Assembly (NCBI GenBank): GCA_000165345.1
Contig: CM000431.1
Coordinates: forward strand, 32,001 to 96,000
Reading direction: 5' to 3'
DNA: 64,000 bases
The notes under the pieces were generated by a model, which saw only the letters and a program-made list of their open reading frames with translations, was not told the DNA's origin and made no database searches. The translations under genes and the position numbers were made by a program. Numbering within the stretch: the stretch's first letter is position 1; every line of letters starts with the position of its first letter. This document shows positions 9,835-20,678 of the stretch, one piece after another.

Positions 9835-12137
9835 TTAGCATTTTCCATCTTTAGAATCCTTACATTCAAATCCTCCAGGTGTATTTATACAACACTGTGA
9901 TTTACCACAATAATTACCCACTTTACATTCATCTATATCACGGCATGTGAATCCATCTCCTGTATAGCCTTCTGAACATACGCACTCAAATTTACTTAAA
10001 TCATGCGTTGTTTCAAAGATTGAATGTACGTAACATTCCGCATTTTTGGAACATTTGCTACAGACTTCATTCTTAAAGTTTTTCTTGACTTTTTTTGGTA
10101 TCAAAAACATTGGATTATTGAATCTATACTCATCTCTAATCCATTTAGAAATGTGAGATGCTTCATTGCTTAAATCTGATTTATTCATCATAATAGAATG
10201 CATTAAGACGGGTTCTGATGAAATATATTCAATCTCACGATACATATTTGCATCTTTTGATAATGAAATGAAGTATATATCAATATCTTTCTTCAAGCTA
10301 ACGATTCCTGGGCATGTCTTCACAGAAGTACAACCATTAAATCCTGCAGTGATGTATACTATCTTTCTTCTCTTTAATAGCACCTTATTATGATAGCCTC
10401 TTTGATTTGAATGAGAATCAGTACCATTTTGTTGTGCAATAACATTTAATACTCTTTCTGAGTCTTGCTGTGCAACCATACTTAACAATCTATCAACCCT
10501 CATATTATTGTCAGAGCCTTGTAATGTTGATATGAAGCTCGTATGCCCTTGGGTTTTGTTTTGTTCATTAATTGGAACTGACAAAATTTCAGTATTTATT
10601 CCACTCTCGACCAAATTTCTATAAATTACATTTGCAGACAAATTAATTTCTTTCATTTGATCAATATTTGGTACTTTAGACAGATCCATTACTAACGAAA
10701 CTGCATATTTTGGTGGTTCGCTTGTGGTTGTTGTAGTATTTGGATACTCAGTTGTAGTGGTTGTTATATCTGGAATTGTTGTAGTTGTGGTAGTTGTTGG
10801 ATATCCTGTTGTGGATGTGGTTGTTGGATAACCTGTTGTAGAAGTGGTTGTTGGTTGTCCCGTTGTAGAAGTGGTTGTTGGATAACCTGTTGTAGAAGTG
10901 GTTGTTGGATAACCTGTTGTAGAAGTGGTTGTTGGATAACCTGTTGTAGAAGTGGTTGTTGGATATCCTGTTGTAGAAGTAGTTGTTGGATGTTCTGTTG
11001 TAGAAGTGGTTGTTACATTTGGAGCTTTAGTTGTAGTAGTTGTTGGGCTTCCAGTTGTGGTGGCTATTGGACTTCTAGTTGTAGATGTGGTTGTTACATT
11101 TGGAGCTTTAGTTGTAGTAGTTGTTGGGTTTCCAGTTGTAGAAGTGGTTGTTGCATTTGGAGCTTTAGTTGTGGTAGTTGTTGGATTTCCAGTTGTAGAA
11201 GTGGTTGTTGGACTTCTAGTTGTGGATGTGGTAGTGTTTGGACTCCCTGTTGTGGTAGTTGTTGGATATCCTGTTGTGGATGTAGTTGTTACAACTGTAG
11301 TCGTTGTGGTAGTGATTGGAATATTTGGGTATTCTGTTGTTGTGTTGTTGGGAAAGGATAAACTGGATACTCGGTTGTTGTTGTTGTTGGGTATACTGGA
11401 TATTCTGTTGTTGTTGTGGTGGGGTATACTGGATATTCTGTTGTTGTCGTTGTTGGGAAAGGATAAACTGGATACTCTGTTGTTGTTGTGGTTGGGTATA
11501 CTGGATATTCTGTTGTTGTCGTTGTTGGGAAAGGATAAACTGGATACTCTGTTGTTGTTGTGGTTGGGAAAGGATAAACTGGATACTCTGTCGTAGTAGT
11601 TGTTGGAATTGGGTATATTGGATATTCTGTTGTTGTTGTTGTTGGGACTGGGTAAACTGGGTATCCTGTTGTTGTTGATGTCAAATTTAAAATATAGTCA
11701 TATTTGTGGCTATTCCATCCCATTTGGTAAACATTTTTTTGATGATGATTGTAATGATAATGATGGTTTTCCTTTGGTATATAATTAAAATGACTATTAG
11801 TATAAGACCTTTCATCATCGGTTGTATCTATATATTTAGGAGTATATGTATTATAATAAGTGTTATAATATCTATAATTATGGTGGCTTTGATGGTGGTT
11901 GTGTTTATACTTATGACTCTGAGATTCTGCCACCTTTCTATTTAAATTTGACGTACCTTCATCTGTCAAAATTGCATTATTTTCATCATAATCATGTTGA
12001 TTTTCTGGTGAAACCCATGTATCTTGTTCATCAATATCAGAAGCAAAAATAATTGTTAAATTTATCAATAGGAGACCTATTGAGAGAACAAATTTTTTAT
12101 TTAAAACTCCAAACATTAGGAACCGTAAAAAAATCAA
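9835..12137 (-). CDS. Secreted mucin-like glycoprotein. It has a signal peptide, a His/Tyr/Asn-rich segment, a Thr-rich tandem-repeat array and a C-terminal Cys-rich domain with a calcium-binding EGF module. The reading frame is broken once inside the repeat array, near 11345
   Basis: The N-terminus MIFLRFLMFGVLNKKFVLSIGLLLINLTIIFA is a hydrophobic signal. It is followed by HKYKHNHHQSHHNYRYYNTYYNTYTPKY. Next come about 13 copies of TTTTTEYPVYP(FP), then about 15 copies of TTTSTTGYP (27-nt unit). The repeat frame runs without stops into the 9835..10689 ORF (...NTTTTTSEPPKYAVSLVMDLSK...). The C-terminal domain has 16 Cys, including CRDIDECKVGNYC...C.NTPGGFEC, a cbEGF signature. The frame break: the last TEYP unit reads CCAACAACACAACAGAATACCC where sister units read CCAACAACGACAACAACAGAATATCC, a ~4-nt deficit. 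Confidence 0.7.
10700..11690. repeat. Coding tandem repeats (27-nt and 39-nt units of ACN-rich Thr codons) inside the mucin gene
   Basis: On the + strand this is ggatatcctgttgtagaagtggttgtt reiterated, then ggatactc(g/t)gttgttgttg... units. The near-perfect periodicity creates the spurious + strand ORFs 10855..11361, 10952..11596 and 11316..11678. Confidence 0.85.
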
Positions 12138-12186
12138 CTATCTTTTTTTCTAGTTTCCAATTTGAAATTTTACTTAGTTTATTTCC

Positions 12187-12298
12187 GCATGTAGTTTTTT
12201 TGTTTTTTTAATACCGCAATGCATGTGGATGGCTTTTTTTGTCAATTATAAATAATTACGTGTCAAAAGCTACATGCACATTGCATACATGCAAATGC
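12187..12298. promoter_or_regulatory. Cluster of GCATG-core motifs in the 5' region of the mucin gene (GCATGTAG, AATGCATGTGG, TACATGCACATTGCATACATGCAAATGC)
   Basis: Five or more CATGCA/GCATGT occurrences lie within 110 bp, 50-160 bp upstream of the mucin ATG at 12137 (minus strand). Confidence 0.45.
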
Positions 12299-12657
12299 TT
12301 TACGCAATTATAGAGGTGCAAATCCCCATGTGGACAAAAAATTGAATTAAACTAGATCAAAATAAATAGAAAAAAAAATATACTTGAATTCGGAAATATC
12401 TAATTAAGAATAGTCAAACTAATAAAAAAATCAAATAAAGGTTAGCTATAAATGTTAAGTAGTATATAATAATAAACATCAAAATACGTGTTTAAATGCG
12501 AATGAAATATGATTATGCTCAATTTCAACCTTTCTTGTAAATAGAAATACTGTTAAATACGATGATTCAATTAAAAATAATAATTAAGCAAACTTATAAT
12601 TCTTTAATATTTGATATATACAATATTGATGTTGAGTGATATAATTAGTTGTTTATT

Positions 12658-13866
12658 TCAGGAACTTTTTGGAAGACACCATTGGTAAAAATTCAAAGCA
12701 CCATCCCATTGAGCAGTGAGAATGATTCCAGGAGATCCCCCTAGATTCGAAACTAGTCTGATTTCTGATCTGGTATCAGGAGTATGAAATTCAAGTACAC
12801 TGTCAAATAAAGGAAGGGTGATACATCTAAGATGCCCATTATTTTGGCCCATCATTAAGATATGTTTAGCGTCTGCAGTAACAGTCCCATCCATGCAAAG
12901 CGCAGGAGAACCTAGAGATTTTCTAAAAGTTTCCTCACCTGTAGGTGAAATAACACGAATTACACCTTGCAAACTACATAGAACAAGATGATTTTCATAC
13001 TCGAGTACTGACATAATAGGTCCTCCATCAAATATAATTTCCCTAACTACTTGTAAAGTAATTAGATCCACAATCTGAACAATACCGCCTCCACAAACCC
13101 AAAGATGAGGAGATGCATCCTGAATTTGGCATTGAGGTTGTCCCATTGCGCCAGCTGAATTACCTTTATACGGAAAATATTTAAGACACTTTATATGCTC
13201 TTTAGCCTGAATCTGTGCAGAAATTATAAAAGTACCAGAAGCTTGATCAAATTTCCAAAATACTATCTTTCCACCCCAACAAGCAGAAACGAGTATATTG
13301 TCAATTATTAAAAGTTGATGTATTTCTTGGTTATGCCCAACTAAATCTGTAAAATTCCCTGTAGGCTTGTGAAATGCCCTAATTGTGCCATTAATTAGTC
13401 CACAAAATAGTACATCCCCATAAATCAAGCAACTACAAACCTCTGCACTGCAATTAATTGCTGAATCCATTTTTACTGAAAGCTGAGTTGCTCCACTAAC
13501 ATCATTCTGAAACTTGTTCTGATAGTTTCTTCTACGATGATTACTTCCCCTTTCAGGCTCGGTTGTCATAACATCCTTATCTGCAGGTCTAATTATCCAT
13601 CTCTTCAATTGACCATCGCACCCCCCTGTGAAAAGTTCAAGCTCTCCCGTAGGTAAAGGAGAAGAAATTGCACACCTAATACCTCCAAAATGAGCCTTTT
13701 GTATTTGTGCAACTTGCCTTAAAATATGTGAGTAATTACAATTCTGGCCAAATTTACAATTACCTTGTTGAACAAAATGTCGGCAAATCTCTGAGACTTT
13801 CGTATTGCTTCCTCCACTAGATGAGCCGCCATGTCCACCTTTGCCTCCCTTCCAACGGCCTCTCAT
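12658..13866 (-). CDS. CCCH zinc-finger + WD40-repeat protein (ZFWD-like), 402 aa
   Basis: After a Gly-rich N-terminus comes CRHFVQQGNCKFGQNCNYSHI, a C-x8-C-x5-C-x3-H finger. Repeated WD-type blades follow (LVSACWGGKIVFW, HLWVCGGG...VQIVDL, VIRVISPTGE, ILTAQWDGALNFYQW). ATG at 13866. Confidence 0.7.
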   Translation of the reverse strand: MRGRWKGGKGGHGGSSSGGSNTKVSEICRHFVQQGNCKFGQNCNYSHILRQVAQIQKAHFGGIRCAISSPLPTGELELFTGGCDGQLKRWIIRPADKDVMTTEPERGSNHRRRNYQNKFQNDVSGATQLSVKMDSAINCSAEVCSCLIYGDVLFCGLINGTIRAFHKPTGNFTDLVGHNQEIHQLLIIDNILVSACWGGKIVFWKFDQASGTFIISAQIQAKEHIKCLKYFPYKGNSAGAMGQPQCQIQDASPHLWVCGGGIVQIVDLITLQVVREIIFDGGPIMSVLEYENHLVLCSLQGVIRVISPTGEETFRKSLGSPALCMDGTVTADAKHILMMGQNNGHLRCITLPLFDSVLEFHTPDTRSEIRLVSNLGGSPGIILTAQWDGALNFYQWCLPKSS

Positions 13867-14215
13867 TTCTTAATTAGGACTTTTAGCTCGTAAACACCAG
13901 TCAGGAAATATAAGGCTTAGGATCCAAATAGATCCCTATCTCTAAATTATAACCAATCTTCCAATCTACCTTAACGATTTAAAAAAATAAGTAACTCGTA
14001 CACTAGAGCCAATACCAGATGAAACCCTCCCCAAAAGTTGTTTCTTTTCCATTCAAACCTACCTAAAATGTAAAAATCAAAATGACTATTTTCCAAACAC
14101 CAAAATGTTAATGAAACTCCTCTCAGTTCCGACCAAGAAAATTTTTTATTTTATTTATATTTTTCTAAAAAAACAAGGCATTATAAATACAGCCACCATA
14201 CTGTCTCTAACGTAC

Positions 14216-14227
14216 TTTTGGGCGGGC
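14216..14227. promoter_or_regulatory. E2F-like site TTTTGGGCGGGC in the 5' region of the CCCH-WD40 gene
   Basis: acttttgggcgggc lies about 350 bp upstream of the ATG at 13866 (minus strand). Confidence 0.3.
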
Positions 14228-14247
14228 TATCCTATTTTAGTTTAATG

Positions 14248-17200
14248 CTAGATTACTACTTGTTTTCCAAGGTAAAATCTTCTACTATTATCAGATAGTG
14301 TAAAATATGGATAAGAATATGGACGAGAGTTAGAGCATCCGAAGTTAATACTTGGAAGCTTTAACAGTCCGTTTGTTAGAGGAACTACCCTAAACTCTAG
14401 CTTAATTTTTGACCCAGGTTTAGCTTCTATATAACCATTTCTAGCTCCAATAAACCACCAGCATCCCTTATCTTCTGAATCTTCATCTCCAAAGTAGTTT
14501 AAACAATATGAAAATGTTTCTTCTTTTTGAAATGTATAATTCAGGTAAATAATCAATGGAAACTCCGAATCAACTTTTGAATACGAGGGGTGTTCAACAT
14601 GGTCTAAACTTAATCCATCTAGACTTGTTTCTAATAAATTGTCTGTGGAATGTGTGGATTTTCTCAATGAAATAAAATTGTACAAAGTTTCCATTGGAAT
14701 TTGGAAAGGACCTGAAATAGATAACTTTGTTCTTTCTTCTTTTGGTAGGCTAATTGTTGATATTAAGATTTGAGGAGTTAACACCTTTTGAAGTTCAGTT
14801 TTCGGAACTATCCATATCAATTTTAGAGGTCTTGAATTAGATTCAATAATCAATGGATGAGAAAGAGTATATTCACGAATTGAATATAAATCTCCCAAAT
14901 CTTGAAAATTTTCAATTGTTCTTGGTTTTAATTCTACTGGTGCCATGATTCCAAATAAATCTGAGCTTTCCAGATCTTTTGGAAGCATGGTAATGATCTT
15001 TTCTACCAAAACTCTTTTACAAGTTGCTTCAAAAAGTAATTCAAAGTAATAAAATGGTAAGCTATAATGATCTAGATTTGGAACTGGTTGAATATTTTTC
15101 AAATCTACTTGTGGTCCTACTTGGAAAACAAAATTATGTCTAGTACAAACTTCTTTGTCTTGACCTTTAATACTTGCAATTAAATTTAAACTAAAATTTA
15201 CTTCAGTTGACGTTTTCATTGGAGACATATCAAACATTATTGGTGTTTGAATTATACACTCACTTGAAAAAGACGGAAGTTTAATCAATTTTTGATTTAT
15301 TTCTGGTTTTAAAATACTACTGGACTCCATACCATCTAGCTGTACTAATTCCACTTCATCAGTAAATACTTGTATTGATTCAGTTTCAGATTCTTGAAAA
15401 CTCAGAGTTACTTCCATATCAACATTGTATATTTGAAACCAATCCCTTTCTATTTCCACTGATATTCTATATAACTTCTTTTCTCCTGTATTTGTGCTCA
15501 ACAAATTCCTTGAAGCAGATTCAGGAAGATTTGATTTCTGTATTATATCTCTAAACTGAATTTCCATACTAATCATTTCTGATAAATTTTTAATCCCAAA
15601 AGAATATAACGTGGTCCACTTTTTGAGAGGATTCCAAGCGTTATCTCTATTACATTCTAATTCATCCTTACTTGTTTTAGTAATTATACCTGAATTTATA
15701 GGTTTCTTCCCAGATAAGATTCCTAAATTTGTTTCAAATATCTGAAATTCTGAAATAACTTTTGGTAATATATGAGGTGAAGGTAATGTGCCCAAAGGAA
15801 TTACCCAAAGGAAGTTAATTGGAATGCTGAAACTTGTTCTATCAGATAACCCAATAGAATCTATAAAGAAGCTAGATTCTCCTTCTTCACAGAAAATATC
15901 TAGTTCTATTTTGTTTAACCCTGGCTCCAAAATGACTTTGCCTTTTGAAGATTCAGTAATCGTATTTTCAAGTAGTATCCACCTAGTGCCATTCACTCTC
16001 AACCAAACAGAGCCAAAATAAACAGGAGAAGAAAGTCCAATGTAAATTAATAATATACAACGCGATGGAATCCCAGGAACTGCAAACTTGTGTATCCATG
16101 AATTCGGAGGTGTAACAAGACATTGAGTAGAATCTTCATTTTTTGGACTGAGAGCTAATTTTGGGCTCGCTGAAGCAGATTTTTTTGAATTAGATTTACT
16201 TGCTTCAGTAATCACCCAATTTGATGGCCCTGGAGTATTTACAGTAATGACCTTAGAGGGAGACAGGTTTTCCTCGACCTTTATTGCATTATCTAAAGGA
16301 GAAGATGGTATTTTAAGTCTTTCACTATTCTTTAATGAACTACCATGAACACTTGTACTTGTTGGAACCCTTTCTCGGTCATCTAAATTGTTCATTTCCG
16401 ATATTCCATTGGTTTTTTCAGAGTATAGACTCCCATTAAATGAACTTGCTTTGCTTTTACTTTTGGAGCTACTTCCATAAGAACTACTTCCCCATTTAAA
16501 CCCTGTAACAATTTCCCACATCCATTGTCTAGGCGAACCATCCTTTCTTTTATTTGAACCCATTGGATTTGAGATATTACTTCTTCCTTCTCTAACATGT
16601 TCAAGCTCTGAGTTAGAAAATGAAAAAGATCGCTCATGTTTAGAGCTTTTTTTTTGAAACCAACTATTATAATTGCTATTTGATCCTGATCTGTTAGAAC
16701 TCTTCATTTTTTGGGTGCTTAAATTATTTCCAGCTTCTTGTTGTTCTATTCTTTGTGATTCCATATTTTTCCCTATCTCTTGTTTTTCCATTTGTCCTAT
16801 TCTCGATCCAATATCTTCAGAAGGTTTTATTTGTTGTCCAGAAGACCCAAGGGGACTTTGTAGTGGTGAAAGGACATTTGGAGATTTTAAGAATAATCTT
16901 CCACTTGGTCTTAGTATTTCATGAAAAACATAGAAATACCCTTGTACTGGTTTTAATGGATCTAATAAACCGCAACAAGGTAAAGCTTTAGTAGGTAATC
17001 TGATTAGCTTTCCTCCTCCTAAAAGAGCCATCAGGATTTGTCTTTCAACAATCTTGAGAGTAACTCCTTTGAATGATTTTGTTTGTAAGTCATAAGATTC
17101 CAAAGCCTCATTTTTATCTGTTGTTTGATTTCCAAAATTAATAAAAGCTCTCATCTTAAGTTTTGGAATTTCCTTAGTTTTTTCTGAACCGTATTCTGGA

Positions 17201-20061
17201 ATAAATAAATGAGCCCATAAGTTTGGATGAGATGGGAACTCCCATTGTAATGAGTCTACCTTAACAATATTAGAGTTTTCTAAACATTTACTTATATATG
17301 TTTCAAGTATCAATTGTTCCTCCAAAGCTGTGTTTTCCTTGTAATCTTTGTTTGAGCCATTTTCCTGAGAAAAGTTTGATTGATTATTTGAGTCTAAGAT
17401 GTTTAGAAACAGTCTAATGCCAATCTCTGCTTGTAATAGGTAAGAATCATTATAGTTTATATAGCTTAAAGAAATGGGGTTAACTTTTTTTGCAAATAGT
17501 TTAATAAGAAGCTTTTGAGAAATATTACTCAATTTTGCCCATTGAAGAGGAATAGGAAGCAGAATGGTGGGGAAATCAAGCCAAATTCGAACAAACCTAT
17601 AACAAAAGGATATATCAGATATTTTGGATGTCTCATAGTCAACAAAAGTCGATGTCTCACAATTTAACTCTTTTAATATCCACTTTAGAAAGTTTTTGTT
17701 TTCAAAAATGATTCCCCAAGGTAGTGAAATTGCAGATTTAAGTTGTCCAGAAGAGATGTAATCCATTGCTGCCATACCAACGACTTCACAAAGCATTCTA
17801 TAAGCTTTAGAAGGAGATTTTAATGAACAGTAAAGTTCCTTTAAAGTATAATAATGTTCTGCATTATCATTCAAATTGTTACTCATATTTTGCAATAATT
17901 GGATGTCCAAAAGTTCCTCAAATGTTTTATTTCCATCAAGTTTGGAAGAACTTTCATTCCATATTTCTGAAGAAAGTAATATGCAAACCAAAGATAAATG
18001 TCTAGATGCTAGGTGAAATAAAGAGAAACTAGGAGAAGATAAGGACTGCGAATACTCAAAGTTGGAGTTTTTACTTTTGAGACAAACTTTTGTGTCCATT
18101 CCTGTGTCAGAATTTTGTTCCAATCCAGAATCATTGTTGATATTGTTGCTCTTTTCTTCAATAGGAACTTTATCATACAATGAGAATTGAGAACATTTAT
18201 TAGTGATTGTGGAAACGGAATGGTTGGTTTTGTTGCTATTATTCTCTAATTCTTCTTCAAGTCTACTAAACTCATCAAAGTCGCAAATACAATTAAGTAG
18301 TATAGAAGAAATACATTGAGTAGCCCACTTAATTAGAGCAGTTTGAATTTCCATAGATGATACATTTGAATCTGGAGGAAGTTTTGGAGCAGAAGGCTTA
18401 TGTTTCCATACGTCAACAGATTCTGAAGCACCCAAAAAATGGATTAATCTTGGTAAAATTGACGAAATAATAATAATCTTTAATGAAGAAATTGCAGAGC
18501 CTGGAGAATGACCCGAAGTATATGCAGGGTTTGAAGGAACTCCTGGAAACGAAATGGCAGCTATACTCATAATAAATCTGAAAATCCAAAGATGACAAAG
18601 AATTTTATATTTCAATTGATCAGTTACTGGAAGAATTTCTTTAGAGAACTTTCTGGAAAACATTTGTATCCTGTTACATACTTTTCGGAAATCTTTAACA
18701 GAAAGCAAAATGAATATCTGCCTTAAAAATATGATTTGAACAATATCAAAATATGTTGCTCTTTTGTTCAAGATCAATTTACTAAAATCAAGTGGTAATA
18801 TTAATTTATCTCTATGAATCAGAGTATTATTTTCAGTCAAATGAGTTTTGCAGTCTCCAAAACAGCAATCAGATGCTAAAAGAAGTGGGTCTTTAGGAGC
18901 CACAATTTCAGCAAATCCTACGCTTTGGTTCTGAAGTTCCTTTATAAAGGGATTAATTGGCTTTCTGCAATCATCCAAAAGTTGTTCATATATCAGCAAC
19001 GCCTCATTTATTAATCCCAATCTAAACAACATCAAACCTAATAGGTCTGATTTATTGATAATATCTAAAATCCATTGATACCACATATCTGATACTTGTA
19101 ATTTTCTACATTGCGTACCACTAACTTGGCTGCTGATAGGAGAATTCACACCAGAAGTCAAAAACTCTGGAGTTTCCAAGATTTCAGGTGTCAGTGAGCT
19201 ATCAGTTAACTTCAAGGAGTGAGACAACTTTGGGCCTTCATTCCTTGAATCTAATATGTATTCTATAACTGATTTAATTCTTGCGTTAACTGCATTTGCC
19301 GCCTCTTCTAATAGTCTTGTGTGGATTTGACGCGCGCATACATGCAAATTGGAGTCGGGCATATCTAATTGATTTGATGCTGAGAACCAGAGACATTTGT
19401 CTTTTGCATTATTTCCAAATAGTCTTTGTAGTTCAGTTTTAAATTTCTCAAAATTTTTTTTGGATAATCTTTCAGTTTCGGGATGTTTGCTTGCAGAAAA
19501 ACCAACAAAAAGCAATTCAATTTCTTGGTAGGTATTAGATACTTCATAAAGCTTGAGGATATGTGAGAATGAGTTAGGAGATGATGAAATAGATGGGGCT
19601 CCATCAAAGTTACATAGGATAATATTCACCAAAGGGGTTTCGAATGTTTTTTCTTGATTAAGGAAGGAGCTAGAGTTCACTTCTTCAAGTTCACTGATTG
19701 TGGAGGCTAAATCATTGTTAGTTTTTACAACTTCTACATTTAATTGGCTTATTACAACAGATGCACTCCCATATTTCAGGTAAAATTCACTTGGTATATT
19801 CGGAAACAGCCCTTTAATTGATGAAGTAATATAATCAACAATTTTTTCGGCTCTCTCTTCACCTGAGTCATATTGATCTTCAGCATCAGCATCTCTTTCT
19901 AAGCTTTGTTTTGTGGAAACTGCATAAAGTTGAAACCATCCATTATTAGACATTATTTGACCTGAATTTGAATGATGTGTTTGTCTTGGCGTTTCAACTA
20001 TTCCATCGCAGAATACGCTTGAAATCACTATTTTAAAGTTTGGAATATTAAAAGTTGCCAT
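14248..20061 (-). CDS. Large hypothetical protein, 1937 aa, no family recognised
   Basis: Uninterrupted 5.8-kb ATG ORF with ordinary, non-repetitive composition. It has an internal Ser/Asn/Gln-rich low-complexity segment (around aa 1040-1230). Antisense ORFs inside it (15788..16021, 16673..16991, 17823..18005) are short and AT-biased. Confidence 0.7.
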   Translation of the reverse strand: MATFNIPNFKIVISSVFCDGIVETPRQTHHSNSGQIMSNNGWFQLYAVSTKQSLERDADAEDQYDSGEERAEKIVDYITSSIKGLFPNIPSEFYLKYGSASVVISQLNVEVVKTNNDLASTISELEEVNSSSFLNQEKTFETPLVNIILCNFDGAPSISSSPNSFSHILKLYEVSNTYQEIELLFVGFSASKHPETERLSKKNFEKFKTELQRLFGNNAKDKCLWFSASNQLDMPDSNLHVCARQIHTRLLEEAANAVNARIKSVIEYILDSRNEGPKLSHSLKLTDSSLTPEILETPEFLTSGVNSPISSQVSGTQCRKLQVSDMWYQWILDIINKSDLLGLMLFRLGLINEALLIYEQLLDDCRKPINPFIKELQNQSVGFAEIVAPKDPLLLASDCCFGDCKTHLTENNTLIHRDKLILPLDFSKLILNKRATYFDIVQIIFLRQIFILLSVKDFRKVCNRIQMFSRKFSKEILPVTDQLKYKILCHLWIFRFIMSIAAISFPGVPSNPAYTSGHSPGSAISSLKIIIISSILPRLIHFLGASESVDVWKHKPSAPKLPPDSNVSSMEIQTALIKWATQCISSILLNCICDFDEFSRLEEELENNSNKTNHSVSTITNKCSQFSLYDKVPIEEKSNNINNDSGLEQNSDTGMDTKVCLKSKNSNFEYSQSLSSPSFSLFHLASRHLSLVCILLSSEIWNESSSKLDGNKTFEELLDIQLLQNMSNNLNDNAEHYYTLKELYCSLKSPSKAYRMLCEVVGMAAMDYISSGQLKSAISLPWGIIFENKNFLKWILKELNCETSTFVDYETSKISDISFCYRFVRIWLDFPTILLPIPLQWAKLSNISQKLLIKLFAKKVNPISLSYINYNDSYLLQAEIGIRLFLNILDSNNQSNFSQENGSNKDYKENTALEEQLILETYISKCLENSNIVKVDSLQWEFPSHPNLWAHLFIPEYGSEKTKEIPKLKMRAFINFGNQTTDKNEALESYDLQTKSFKGVTLKIVERQILMALLGGGKLIRLPTKALPCCGLLDPLKPVQGYFYVFHEILRPSGRLFLKSPNVLSPLQSPLGSSGQQIKPSEDIGSRIGQMEKQEIGKNMESQRIEQQEAGNNLSTQKMKSSNRSGSNSNYNSWFQKKSSKHERSFSFSNSELEHVREGRSNISNPMGSNKRKDGSPRQWMWEIVTGFKWGSSSYGSSSKSKSKASSFNGSLYSEKTNGISEMNNLDDRERVPTSTSVHGSSLKNSERLKIPSSPLDNAIKVEENLSPSKVITVNTPGPSNWVITEASKSNSKKSASASPKLALSPKNEDSTQCLVTPPNSWIHKFAVPGIPSRCILLIYIGLSSPVYFGSVWLRVNGTRWILLENTITESSKGKVILEPGLNKIELDIFCEEGESSFFIDSIGLSDRTSFSIPINFLWVIPLGTLPSPHILPKVISEFQIFETNLGILSGKKPINSGIITKTSKDELECNRDNAWNPLKKWTTLYSFGIKNLSEMISMEIQFRDIIQKSNLPESASRNLLSTNTGEKKLYRISVEIERDWFQIYNVDMEVTLSFQESETESIQVFTDEVELVQLDGMESSSILKPEINQKLIKLPSFSSECIIQTPIMFDMSPMKTSTEVNFSLNLIASIKGQDKEVCTRHNFVFQVGPQVDLKNIQPVPNLDHYSLPFYYFELLFEATCKRVLVEKIITMLPKDLESSDLFGIMAPVELKPRTIENFQDLGDLYSIREYTLSHPLIIESNSRPLKLIWIVPKTELQKVLTPQILISTISLPKEERTKLSISGPFQIPMETLYNFISLRKSTHSTDNLLETSLDGLSLDHVEHPSYSKVDSEFPLIIYLNYTFQKEETFSYCLNYFGDEDSEDKGCWWFIGARNGYIEAKPGSKIKLEFRVVPLTNGLLKLPSINFGCSNSRPYSYPYFTLSDNSRRFYLGKQVVI

Positions 20062-20387
20062 CTTTAAAGACTTAAAAAGACTTTCTTTAAATATTTTTAG
20101 ATCCTCAAAGTTGGAATAAATTTTGACCTTGATTCATTCAATTATAAATTTTTATTTATGGAGTATCTGCTCTTCACAATGTTCTAGCATAATACTGAAT
20201 ATTCAAAGCTTTTCAAATCCTAAATATGAAGTAAAAATTTTCCCATTGTAATTCAAAATTCAGAATTCTTTCTTTTATTGTTGGAATACCTTTAACATTG
20301 CTCTGCCTCAACCCCTCACTTCTTGCTACTTTCTTGACCCCTCCTTAGTCCTTTTTAGGTACAATATTACCAAAAATTTGAAAGGTG

Positions 20388-20436
20388 ATTTCCCGCCTAT
20401 TCGACTTTATGATGAATTTTCGAAACAATGCATGAA
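20388..20436. promoter_or_regulatory. E2F-like ATTTCCCGCC plus AATGCATGAA in the 5' region of the 1937-aa gene
   Basis: Motifs lie 330-375 bp upstream of the ATG at 20061 on the minus strand. Confidence 0.4.
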
Positions 20437-20678
20437 CGAGAAGAAAAATAAATAAATTGGGAAATAATAGTTAAATGCTTAGAATATCAATAGAGAGCTG
20501 TTGAGAGCTTTATTAATGGGCAAAATTTAACTAACCTAGAGGACTTCTAATATTAATATTTATTTCGAAATCTTTTAAGGATTCACAAACAAATAAATAA
20601 TTCATGAATTGCAATGCAGTAATAAAACATTTTTCTCAATTCTTTCCATATTTTTAAAATAATATTAAGGATAAATAC

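Noticed and set aside
10855-11678. Three long + strand ORFs (10855..11361, 10952..11596, 11316..11678) with Cys/Trp/Gly- or Val-rich repetitive translations
   Set aside because: They lie antisense to the mucin Thr-codon repeat. Their periodicity simply mirrors the 27/39-nt coding repeat on the other strand, and they have no start context or independent promoter.
15788-18598. Several 60-85-aa ORFs on both strands inside the 1937-aa gene
   Set aside because: They are short, AT-biased and nested within a long, well-supported ORF. They are typical antisense or alternate-frame noise.
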